Source of the DNA: a virus
Taxonomy: Duplodnaviria > Caudoviricetes
Virus record (IMG/VR): IMGVR_UViG_3300043409_002192
Coordinates: 1-63,330 of that record
DNA: 63,330 nt
Strand: one strand, 5' to 3'
The notes under the pieces are model-generated. The model did no database searches and was not told the origin of the DNA. It saw only the letters and a program-made list of their open reading frames with translations. Below are positions 55,627 through 63,330 of this stretch, piece by piece; positions within the stretch are counted from its first letter, which is position 1, and every line of letters starts with the position of its first letter. Made by a program: the position numbers and the translations under genes.

Positions 55627-56549
55627 ACACCGTGGAACTGATACAGGATGCGGCCACGCGCTGGCTTACCGTGCCAGCGGCCAGTGCCATGAATGCCAGT
55701 GAGGTCAAGGACATGCTCATTGCCTTGAATGCCGCGCAGGCATCCATCTGGCGCGGACTGCCAGCCCATTACCGCCGGATGCCGGTGGCGGTGGATTTCT
55801 ACGGCCCCGCAACGGGAACGGTGGTGGTTTATGGGTATGGGTCCAAAAAGGTCACTGGGGTTTCCTTCCCGTCCATCATGGACATTTTAACGTATCAGGG
55901 GGAGCCGATTTTGTATCAGGGGGAACCTTTGATGTTTAATGGGTCGTCCGTGTATGAAAATCCACGGCCGTATTGCTCCATGGATATTAACGGGGACAAA
56001 CGGAACGTGTTTGATGGCACGGTATTACGATACCCCTACTTTGGCCGGGCCACAGGAACCCAAGGGGCCACGCTTTACCATGATTCCAGCCTCTTACCGA
56101 TCCTGTTGGAACAAATCATTACCGAAGTCAGAGACCGGGTTTCCGGCTGCATCTACCAGCATGTGCTCAGGCATCAACCAGACTATCAGCCTTACGATAC
56201 GTGGAGCCTGCGGAGGATCCAGCATCACGGCGTGACACGTTCACTGGTGGAACTGAAGCCCGGCCATGACAAGCCGGTGATTTTGGAATTTGACGCGTTC
56301 ATCGCTCCTATAGGCCTGACACTGGGGTCGTCAATGCGGGCAGTGGACCTGCCATACGATGCGGAGGTGGGCGGGCTAATTGTGGCTGCCGCCGGGGCAG
56401 GGCTGGCAACTCATCGCCTGTTTGACCGCGAGCGCCATACCCGCGCCACGGCTTTGGAAGCCGGACATTTGGCCATGCAGCAACTCCGGGAAATTCCCGG
56501 ACAAATCTGGACAGGCCACAACCTTATTCTAACCCCTGAAGGATACTGA
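55623..56549 (+). CDS. putative head-tail adaptor/virion protein
   Basis: GGAGG RBS; position in the late operon. Confidence 0.6.
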   Translation: MNTVELIQDAATRWLTVPAASAMNASEVKDMLIALNAAQASIWRGLPAHYRRMPVAVDFYGPATGTVVVYGYGSKKVTGVSFPSIMDILTYQGEPILYQGEPLMFNGSSVYENPRPYCSMDINGDKRNVFDGTVLRYPYFGRATGTQGATLYHDSSLLPILLEQIITEVRDRVSGCIYQHVLRHQPDYQPYDTWSLRRIQHHGVTRSLVELKPGHDKPVILEFDAFIAPIGLTLGSSMRAVDLPYDAEVGGLIVAAAGAGLATHRLFDRERHTRATALEAGHLAMQQLREIPGQIWTGHNLILTPEGY

Positions 56550-56550
56550 T

Positions 56551-58536
56551 ATGCCAATTGAACTTACTACAGCGACAAATGAGACAAAAAGTGCCATTCG
56601 CAATGAAATAGGTGCTCATAAGGCTCCGCTTACTGTAGAGGATATCCCGCTGCTGGATGCCACCGCCCACGCGGCGGATCAGATTGATCGGCGAATTGCG
56701 GGGCTGACGGCTAGTGACGTGACCAAGAAGATCTTCACCACGGAAAACCACGCGGCGGGAATCTACGTTAGGAATCCGCAATGCTGGGCGGCTGATATTG
56801 ACCTGACGGGGCTGGGCGTGGTGCGTAATTCCGGCGGGGGCTGGACGACGCAGCTGGGCTTTGCGGCCATCACGCCGCGCCATGTGGTGATGTGCCATCA
56901 TGCCATCATCCCGGATGGCAGCACGCTGAGGTTTGTCACGGCGGGGAATGTAGTGGCGGATAGGACTTTGAGCAGCTCCGTCCAGATCGGCAGCACGGAT
57001 CTGCGGGTGGGCACGCTGAGCGCGGATCTTCCGGGGACGATTACGCCGCTTTATCTTGCGCCTCCCACGGCGTCTTTTCACTTACGCCGGGCGGGCCTGC
57101 CTATTTTTGTGACGGATCAGGATAACAAGGCACTGGTGGCTGAGATGACGGGGGACGCCTCGCTTGGCGCACCGGGCGGCAGCTCGCGCAGCTCGTTTTA
57201 CGAGTTGGCGGCCACTGGCGATTCCGGGCGTTCGTGGGCGGCCGTGCATGAGGGACGGCTGGTGGCGCTATCGCATTCCAACTCTTCGACCGCGGGGCCT
57301 GATTACGCCAGCCAGCACAGCAGCATCCTGACGGCCTGCGGGGCTTATGCGCCCGGCCTGCCTGACCTGCGCGGCGTGGATTGGGAGGCGCTGACGAACC
57401 GGCCCGCTTTTTCCAATGCGGCTACCATTACGGCCAGCGCCTCGCCTTCCGTGGGGCAGATCCCGCTGGTGGGATCTGGCGGAAAACTCAGCCCCGAAAT
57501 GCTGCCGGACGGGGCGGTGGCCAGTCCAAGCATTCCTCTGGCCAAAACGCTATGGGAGCTGACGGCGGGGACGAATACGCTGGCCGCCAGCGGCCCGGCC
57601 GCCGCCTTTTCTGACATTTTGGCCCCGGCGGCGGTGCTGCCTTATGACGATGTTATCACGGTGGGCAGTGTGAATCTGCTGGGCGGTGTGCATCTGGTGA
57701 GCGATGGCACGGCATGGGTGGACGCGGTGGACTTCACGACCCCGACGGATCCGGCGGTGTCAGGAGGTGATGCTATTCTGGCGACGCTGCTGGTGGATGC
57801 TACGGTGACTTTTTCCCAGCCGGTCTATCAGCCTTTAGATGCCTCCGGGGATTGGTGGGCGTTGGACCGACCGCTGCAGCCTATCACCTCCGCCGTTGCC
57901 GGCAGCACGCGCGCCAATCTGGGGCTCACCGCATGGGCCACCAAAGGCTACCCCCCGGACTCGTCGGGCGTGCTGACGAATAACGGCAGCGGGGGGCTGT
58001 CTTGGGAGCCGGCACCTAACGTTACAGACGAATTACCCCGCCTCACTAACGTGTTCGAGGTCGGCGCAGATCTAGGCATTGTTGCCTTCCCGCCGCTCGT
58101 TGGATCAGTGGACTTGTCTAATCTTTTTGTGACTCCACCAGAGGACGGTGACGTGCTGTATTACGATGGCTTTTCCGAGACACTTTTTGGCACGTATACT
58201 TCTCTCACTTATGTCGCATCAGCTGGGCAGTGGTCTCTCGGGGATTATGATATCGGTAATGGTGGGCTTGAGCCAGTTTACGAAAACCCCGGCTTCGAGC
58301 CAGGTCAGTTATTATCCTACTATTCTGTAGTTGATAGAGAAATCAGCACGACACGCTATTTCGGGCCGACAACAGCGGCACCCACGGCCGTAGCGCTTGA
58401 TTATCCTCTCTATCCCTCATCATCCGGAGTGGCCGCGACCACCCTGCGAAATCTAGTGGCCAATCTCCCAACCTCTGCCACTGGCCTTTCCGCCGGTAAT
58501 GTCTGGAGGGATGGCAATCTGATCAAGATCGTCTAA
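56551..58536 (+). CDS. tail fibre/spike with trypsin-like serine protease domain
   Basis: ITPRHVVMCHH, TDL, GDSG triad; C-terminal LPTSATGLSAGNVWRD. Confidence 0.75.
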   Translation: MPIELTTATNETKSAIRNEIGAHKAPLTVEDIPLLDATAHAADQIDRRIAGLTASDVTKKIFTTENHAAGIYVRNPQCWAADIDLTGLGVVRNSGGGWTTQLGFAAITPRHVVMCHHAIIPDGSTLRFVTAGNVVADRTLSSSVQIGSTDLRVGTLSADLPGTITPLYLAPPTASFHLRRAGLPIFVTDQDNKALVAEMTGDASLGAPGGSSRSSFYELAATGDSGRSWAAVHEGRLVALSHSNSSTAGPDYASQHSSILTACGAYAPGLPDLRGVDWEALTNRPAFSNAATITASASPSVGQIPLVGSGGKLSPEMLPDGAVASPSIPLAKTLWELTAGTNTLAASGPAAAFSDILAPAAVLPYDDVITVGSVNLLGGVHLVSDGTAWVDAVDFTTPTDPAVSGGDAILATLLVDATVTFSQPVYQPLDASGDWWALDRPLQPITSAVAGSTRANLGLTAWATKGYPPDSSGVLTNNGSGGLSWEPAPNVTDELPRLTNVFEVGADLGIVAFPPLVGSVDLSNLFVTPPEDGDVLYYDGFSETLFGTYTSLTYVASAGQWSLGDYDIGNGGLEPVYENPGFEPGQLLSYYSVVDREISTTRYFGPTTAAPTAVALDYPLYPSSSGVAATTLRNLVANLPTSATGLSAGNVWRDGNLIKIV

Positions 58537-58544
58537 AATTCCTC

Positions 58545-59018
58545 ATGAAAATCCGCATCGAAGATATCTCCGCTGAACTGGTCCGATTTGTGGCTCAGAT
58601 CAAAGAGGCGCGTTGCAAAGCGTCGAAGGATGGCATTGCCAACCTCCAGTTTGACGAGGAGTTCACCTTTCAGATGGAAGTCATTACTACCGACGGCCTC
58701 AATGCCTTTGACCGGCCGGACATTTCCGTTGCGGAGCCGGTGGAAAGCCGGAGCCTGGAGCCGGAGAAAATCCAGCGTCAGGAGGCGGGGGAACAGGTTT
58801 CGGAATCGGTGGCCGCCGGGTTTGTATCCACGTCCGTTTCCGTGAAGACGGAAAAGGCCAGCACCACACGCCAGACGACTCCAGAGAAGGAATCCATCAC
58901 CACCCAGGAATCCGAGCCGACCGTTGAAGTGCAGGAATCCACGGAAGAACAGAATGGCGAAACCCTGACTGGCACTTCCGGCGGGGATTCAAGGACCACC
59001 ATCAATACCTTCGAATAA
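58545..59018 (+). CDS. hypothetical T/S/E-rich protein
   Basis: ORF in the late operon. Confidence 0.65.
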   Translation: MKIRIEDISAELVRFVAQIKEARCKASKDGIANLQFDEEFTFQMEVITTDGLNAFDRPDISVAEPVESRSLEPEKIQRQEAGEQVSESVAAGFVSTSVSVKTEKASTTRQTTPEKESITTQESEPTVEVQESTEEQNGETLTGTSGGDSRTTINTFE

Positions 59019-59020
59019 CC

Positions 59021-59383
59021 ATGCCTGATCTCACCAAAACAGTAACTACCACGAACGCTGGGGAGGGTGCGAAGCGGGATGATAAGACGCTTTCCAAAAG
59101 CAAGCGCACCAGCACCACCACGCCGGGGAAACAAACCTCGCGCCAAACGGAACGGTCGGTAATCAGTATCAGCGAACAAACACCGGGGGAGGTCACGCAG
59201 AACCAGACGGAAACCCAGCCGACACGACGGACCACGGAAACGCGGAAGCCTTCAATTACCCGGACGATTACGGAGCCTTCCGAAACCATCCAGCGGCAGG
59301 GCGAGCAACGCACAGTGAGGACAGGGAAGGAGGACAGCGGGTTTACCGTGACGTTCAAACTCAAGATTTCTGATTTCCTTTAG
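59021..59383 (+). CDS. hypothetical T/R-rich protein
   Basis: ORF in the late operon. Confidence 0.65.
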   Translation: MPDLTKTVTTTNAGEGAKRDDKTLSKSKRTSTTTPGKQTSRQTERSVISISEQTPGEVTQNQTETQPTRRTTETRKPSITRTITEPSETIQRQGEQRTVRTGKEDSGFTVTFKLKISDFL

Positions 59384-59442
59384 GCAAAGTTGCGAATCCT
59401 CCCTGCGGGGCGAGTTTGGCCCCGTAACGGAAACAACCCACT

Positions 59443-59814
59443 ATGAAAACCGGAATTAACGAAACCACCGATGTTGTCATCGCTGTCCTTGATCTGCTGA
59501 CCAGTCACGCAAAAGCAAAAGCCGATGACGGTAAAGTGTCGCGCACGGAAGCCATTGGTATTCTACTGGGCAATACCGGGTCCATCTGGACCGCCGTAAA
59601 TGGTATCTCTGAAGTGCCGGCAGAACTTAAGGATCTGGATGCGGAGGAACTGGATTTCCTGTTTGCTACCGTGCTGGGCTCCATGGCTTGGGAGCGGACG
59701 GAAGACACGGAATCCATCGTGCGTGCCGTCTATGACAGCGTGCGCCAGCTGCTTTCCACGGTGCGCCGGATCCAGAACACCATACATCCCCCGAAGGCTG
59801 AAGTGGTCGGCTAA
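59443..59814 (+). CDS. hypothetical protein (lysis region)
   Basis: DDGKVS..EVPAELKDLD. Confidence 0.7.
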   Translation: MKTGINETTDVVIAVLDLLTSHAKAKADDGKVSRTEAIGILLGNTGSIWTAVNGISEVPAELKDLDAEELDFLFATVLGSMAWERTEDTESIVRAVYDSVRQLLSTVRRIQNTIHPPKAEVVG

Positions 59815-59832
59815 CCCACACTATCTGAACGA

Positions 59833-60210
59833 ATGAAACCTGCTCTTTTTTTACTGCTGGCGCTTTTGCCGGCCTGCACGGTGAAGCCAACCATCCGGAG
59901 TGGTCAAACCGTAGTCACACTGGGCGGTTCCATCTTCACCAAGACAACGGGTGAAACTGCCAGTTATTCGGGGCCGCTTGGAAACCTGAATTACTCGACG
60001 GCCACGAATGACGAGACTGTAGTGCCCGGCAAGATCGTGAATTATTACGGCATCAAGTCCGCTGTGAATGGTGCCACCGCCGCGTTGCGGACCACGGAAA
60101 GCACCAAGCGAATTTTAGGCGCTCAACAAGTCAGCAAAGAAGCCACGCGATCCGCCGCAGACGTGGAAAAACTGCGCATCCTGAACCCGGTAGAAATCCC
60201 CGTGCCATGA
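59833..60210 (+). CDS. lipoprotein (possible spanin component)
   Basis: MKPALFLLLALLPAC lipobox. Confidence 0.7.
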   Translation: MKPALFLLLALLPACTVKPTIRSGQTVVTLGGSIFTKTTGETASYSGPLGNLNYSTATNDETVVPGKIVNYYGIKSAVNGATAALRTTESTKRILGAQQVSKEATRSAADVEKLRILNPVEIPVP

Positions 60211-60500
60211 AACTAAACGCCTTCTTTTCTCCCGTCGCTGCGGCTTTCCGTGGTGCCGTCCTTGCTCTTTCCAAGGTGGATGGCAAGCCGGGCCTTTCTG
60301 CGGACGATTTCATGCAGGTCGTCAAGTGGACCATCAATCTGCGCACCTCCGAGGAATCGGATGGAGCTAAGGCAACCCTGATCGCCGATGCTATTCTTCA
60401 GGCGTTCGCAAACAAATTGCCGAACTGGCCATGGATTCCCTATGCTATCGGGTGGGTTGGTCACTACGTGGCAAAACGTCTGAAACCAAAAACCAAATGA
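60207..60500 (+). CDS. hypothetical protein
   Basis: ATGA overlaps on both sides. Confidence 0.65.
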   Translation: MKLNAFFSPVAAAFRGAVLALSKVDGKPGLSADDFMQVVKWTINLRTSEESDGAKATLIADAILQAFANKLPNWPWIPYAIGWVGHYVAKRLKPKTK

Positions 60501-61024
60501 GCACTGTCGCGCTACGCCGTAAATTCATCGTTATTGCCCGGCAGCATGTCGGGAAAAAGGAAGTGACACGCAATCAAGCCCCGTGGATTAAAACCCTGTG
60601 GCCTGCGACCTCCTATCCCTCTGGTCATGATGAGCGGCAACCTTATTGCGCGGCGGGTGTGGCGTGGGCGGTGCGGGAGTGGCTGAAGGATCCGGAGGTA
60701 TTAAAAGCCTTTGAGATGACGCCTGAGCAGGCGGAGTTCTGGCGGTGCAAGTCCGCCAGCTGCTATAAGGCGAAAGGATCATGGCTGGACTGGGCCAAGC
60801 TGAACAAAATGACCATCCTTGGAAAGGATGACAATTTCCACACGGGCGACCTCATCATCTACGATTATTCCCACATTGAAATCTATGTGGATGATCTGCC
60901 GGAAAACCGGTTTATGGCTATTGGATTCAACACCAATGATGCTGCGGGCCGTGATGGGGACGGCTGTTGGGAAAAACCACGTTCCCGCGCCAAAATTAAA
61001 GCAGTCATCCGTCTTCTCCCATGA
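60497..61024 (+). CDS. CHAP-domain endolysin
   Basis: QPYCAA, GDLIIY..SHIEI, GFNT. Confidence 0.8.
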   Translation: MSTVALRRKFIVIARQHVGKKEVTRNQAPWIKTLWPATSYPSGHDERQPYCAAGVAWAVREWLKDPEVLKAFEMTPEQAEFWRCKSASCYKAKGSWLDWAKLNKMTILGKDDNFHTGDLIIYDYSHIEIYVDDLPENRFMAIGFNTNDAAGRDGDGCWEKPRSRAKIKAVIRLLP

Positions 61025-61290
61025 TTACCATTGCCGTCATTGAAATCCACGAAACCATCATTGCTGCCATCACGGCAATGGGACTTGCCATTATCCACCT
61101 CTACAAGCGATCTGCGGACTGTGACAAAAAGCACGAGGCCGCGAAGGAGCAAATCACCAAGCTCAAGATTGCTTTGAAGACCTGCCCGATGGATGAACAG
61201 TGCGGCTACTACAATGCAAATTTGGACGATGCCAAGCTGACACCGAATTCCCTGCACGCGCAACGCTTTACCCAATCCCCACAATCATGA
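61021..61290 (+). CDS. putative holin / membrane protein
   Basis: N-terminal hydrophobic helix plus coiled coil, after the endolysin. Confidence 0.5.
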   Translation: MITIAVIEIHETIIAAITAMGLAIIHLYKRSADCDKKHEAAKEQITKLKIALKTCPMDEQCGYYNANLDDAKLTPNSLHAQRFTQSPQS

Positions 61291-61928
61291 ACCTCGTGAA
61301 CAAAGTATATGCCCCCTCCGGCGTTGGTTCCGAAATTAGCGCCGGCATGAAGCCAAAGATGCAGATGGCACCGGGTCCCATGTCATCCCCCATGACTCCG
61401 TCCGCGCCTGCTGCTCCCAGCGGACTGGCAGGACGCGCCATGCAGAGTCGTCCTTTCAATGCGCCTGTCCAGAACAAGCTGGGGACGATGGAGTACACCA
61501 ACCTACAGCCGCGAGGGAATCCTCAGCCGGGCGGACTGGCCGGGCGGGCGATGGCTGCAGGGGCCGGGATGGGTAGTCCTGGCGGGCAGATGAGCACGGG
61601 CGGATTCACGGCGTATGCGGACAAGAATCTGGGCAGTGCAGGATTTATGAAATCCGGCGGTGATCGTAAAGCAGGGTGGGTGGCTCAATCCGGAGCTTAC
61701 AAAGGCAAGACCCGTGATGAAGCCATGGCTGATCTGCGGACGAAGTATGCTGGCATGAGTCCAGAGGAAAAAGCGCAGTACGAAGCCATGAGCCGAAATG
61801 AAGACATTGGCGATGCCGGAAGTGGGATGATGCCCCAAGGGCCGGTGGATCCTCCGATGAAACTTGCGGGCGTGGATAAAGTGCAAGGCAGTCTGGCTCG
61901 ACGTGCCATGAATATCCCAAAACGGTAG
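61287..61928 (+). CDS. M/G/P-rich hypothetical protein
   Basis: ATGA overlap; repeated GLAGRAM. Confidence 0.65.
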   Translation: MNLVNKVYAPSGVGSEISAGMKPKMQMAPGPMSSPMTPSAPAAPSGLAGRAMQSRPFNAPVQNKLGTMEYTNLQPRGNPQPGGLAGRAMAAGAGMGSPGGQMSTGGFTAYADKNLGSAGFMKSGGDRKAGWVAQSGAYKGKTRDEAMADLRTKYAGMSPEEKAQYEAMSRNEDIGDAGSGMMPQGPVDPPMKLAGVDKVQGSLARRAMNIPKR

Positions 61929-61930
61929 CG

Positions 61931-62221
61931 TTAACGCTGCTGGCGGGCCAATCGAGCCAAGCGTTCAAGGGCGGCGGCCTGCTGCTCCTGTTGCGCTTGG
62001 AGAAGCTGGAGTTGGATTTTTAAACGGTCATCCTGAGGGGTGGCCGTTTTGTTTGGCACGAGAGGCGGGGGAAGGCGAAGAGGCACCCGGTGGACAGCAG
62101 GGGGATCGGGAAGAATATGAATGGGGATGGGTTTCCATTCCAACATAGGAAAGGGCTTCAAGACTTCCGGGGAAGCCATGAGAGGAATCATGCAGGAAAA
62201 AAAGAAAAGGATCGTCTTCAT
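61931..62221 (-). CDS. secreted hypothetical protein
   Basis: Signal-peptide-like N-terminus. Confidence 0.5.
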   Translation of the reverse strand: MKTILFFFSCMIPLMASPEVLKPFPMLEWKPIPIHILPDPPAVHRVPLRLPPPLVPNKTATPQDDRLKIQLQLLQAQQEQQAAALERLARLARQQR

Positions 62222-62315
62222 CCAAGATCTTCGTGCCGGAATGGGAATGGGTCAAAAAAAATCACGGAATAATTTCTTTACTTATGCTGTAAGATGGTTT
62301 AAGACACAGAAAGCC

Positions 62316-62528
62316 ATGAACCTAAACGAAATCATCCGAATCCAAGTCCTGATGTATAGGGTCGCTCTGAAGGAATCACTTGAGGCCAAGACAGAATACA
62401 CACGCATTTACCAACGGGGGTATGCCAGAGGCATTGCCATTGCTCTGCGGGACATGACCTCAGGACAAAAATGTTCTCCAGCATTGCTGGAGCAATATAA
62501 GTTATCAAGCCTACGGCCCACGCCATGA
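62316..62528 (+). CDS. hypothetical protein at the head of array A
   Basis: ATG after an AT-rich promoter-like region; stop overlaps ATG 62525. Confidence 0.6.
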   Translation: MNLNEIIRIQVLMYRVALKESLEAKTEYTRIYQRGYARGIAIALRDMTSGQKCSPALLEQYKLSSLRPTP

Positions 62529-62583
62529 AAAGTAACCCATCGACTAGGACGACCGGGGCGTCGGCTCCAGTGCCATGTTCGCT
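62500..62583 (-). other. degenerate attC site (right arm intact, left arm eroded; start approximate)
   Basis: GGCTCCAGTGCCAT GTTCGCT matches the arm at 2944-2964. Confidence 0.55.
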
Positions 62584-62908
62584 GACTTGGTGTGATGGCT
62601 GCCTAAATCGCCGTCCATGCCGCGCCCTAAGATCGGGAGTCGTTTACAACTGCATCGAACTGGAAATCCACCTCTGCCGCTGGTGCCGAGGGCAACGAAC
62701 TCGCAAGTCAGCGAACGACAAAGGCCAGACACGGCGGGAGGAATTAGCTGCGCCGCCCCCCGCGCTCCCCTCCGCCCCACTCCCTGACGATCAAATTACG
62801 CAAGCCATGCTGGAAGCCTGCTACGACTGTGGGATGAGCGCCCACGCGCTGCCGCTTCTGCCGAACGACCAAGCGCTGGCACCGGATGGGCCGAAAACAA
62901 CTCTATGA
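62525..62908 (+). CDS. Cys-rich cassette protein fused to a partial cassette
   Basis: PCS leader, CDGC..CRWC; reads through AGCGAAC at 62710. Confidence 0.6.
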   Translation: MKSNPSTRTTGASAPVPCSLTWCDGCLNRRPCRALRSGVVYNCIELEIHLCRWCRGQRTRKSANDKGQTRREELAAPPPALPSAPLPDDQITQAMLEACYDCGMSAHALPLLPNDQALAPDGPKTTL

Positions 62909-62962
62909 AAACAGAACCAACTACCCCGGCCCAGCCGGTTGCCCAGCCGCGCCTTGTTCGCC
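62860..62962 (-). other. attC site
   Basis: GCCGAAC GACCAA GCGCTGG..ACCGGATGGGCCG / CGGCCCAGCCGGT..CCAGCCGC GCCTT GTTCGCC. Confidence 0.88.
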
Positions 62963-63330
62963 CGTTGCCCTGCCCTCATTGCGGTGGGCCCGCCGAACTC
63001 CGGCGATACCAACACGACCGCGAAAGGGTGTATTACGCCTGCGCGGCCGCGGCGTGCCACTACACATATACCGACCATAGCGAAGCACTGGCAGCGTGGA
63101 ATCATCGGGCGAACAGAGGAACCGAACCCACCCCACCCAGAAACCCGTCGCGAGTCGAAGAACAACTACGCATCGCACTTGACGGACATCCCGAAAGCGA
63201 ACTCTGGGGAGAAAACGGACTGATCGCCGCAACGATGCGAGCTGCCAACTACGCCAGTCGCCAGCAAGAAGCGGAATGGAAGCTGGCCGACTACCTGCGC
63301 GGCGGAGGAATGCTCGCAGCGCCTGCTGAC
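62905..63330 (+). CDS. Lar (restriction alleviation)-like domain fused to a downstream hypothetical; continues to 324
   Basis: LPCPHCGG..C..C..EALAAWNHRA; translated by hand, absent from the ORF track. Confidence 0.7.
   Translation, partial: MKTEPTTPAQPVAQPRLVRPLPCPHCGGPAELRRYQHDRERVYYACAAAACHYTYTDHSEALAAWNHRANRGTEPTPPRNPSRVEEQLRIALDGHPESELWGENGLIAATMRAANYASRQQEAEWKLADYLRGGGMLAAPAD
63178..63330. repeat. terminal direct repeat (circular assembly overlap), copy 2
   Basis: Identical to 1-153 except one base; an ORF reads through the junction. Confidence 0.97.

Overview
The window looks like a complete, circularly assembled tailed-phage genome of about 63.2 kb: bases 1-153 recur at 63178-63330 with one mismatch. 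Recognisable modules are large terminase, portal, scaffold, major capsid, tail/fibre proteins (one with a trypsin-like domain), a CHAP endolysin, a recombination/replication module (PD-(D/E)XK nuclease, AAA protein, SSB-like protein, SF2 helicase, primase-helicase), a serine resolvase, a tRNA-derived attP next to a truncated integrase, and two giant minus-strand polyvalent/DarB-like genes. The main observation is two arrays of integron-type attC cassettes (62500-63330 continuing into 1-3575, and 26024-28876) with no integron integrase visible in the genome. The attC top strand is on the minus strand and the genes are on the plus strand. Start codons sit inside the attC loops, and the crossover AAC is read as an in-frame Asn so that the next attC supplies the stop codon. 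Both arrays end in a shared attI-like motif. Product calls come from motif recognition by eye; no database searches were run.
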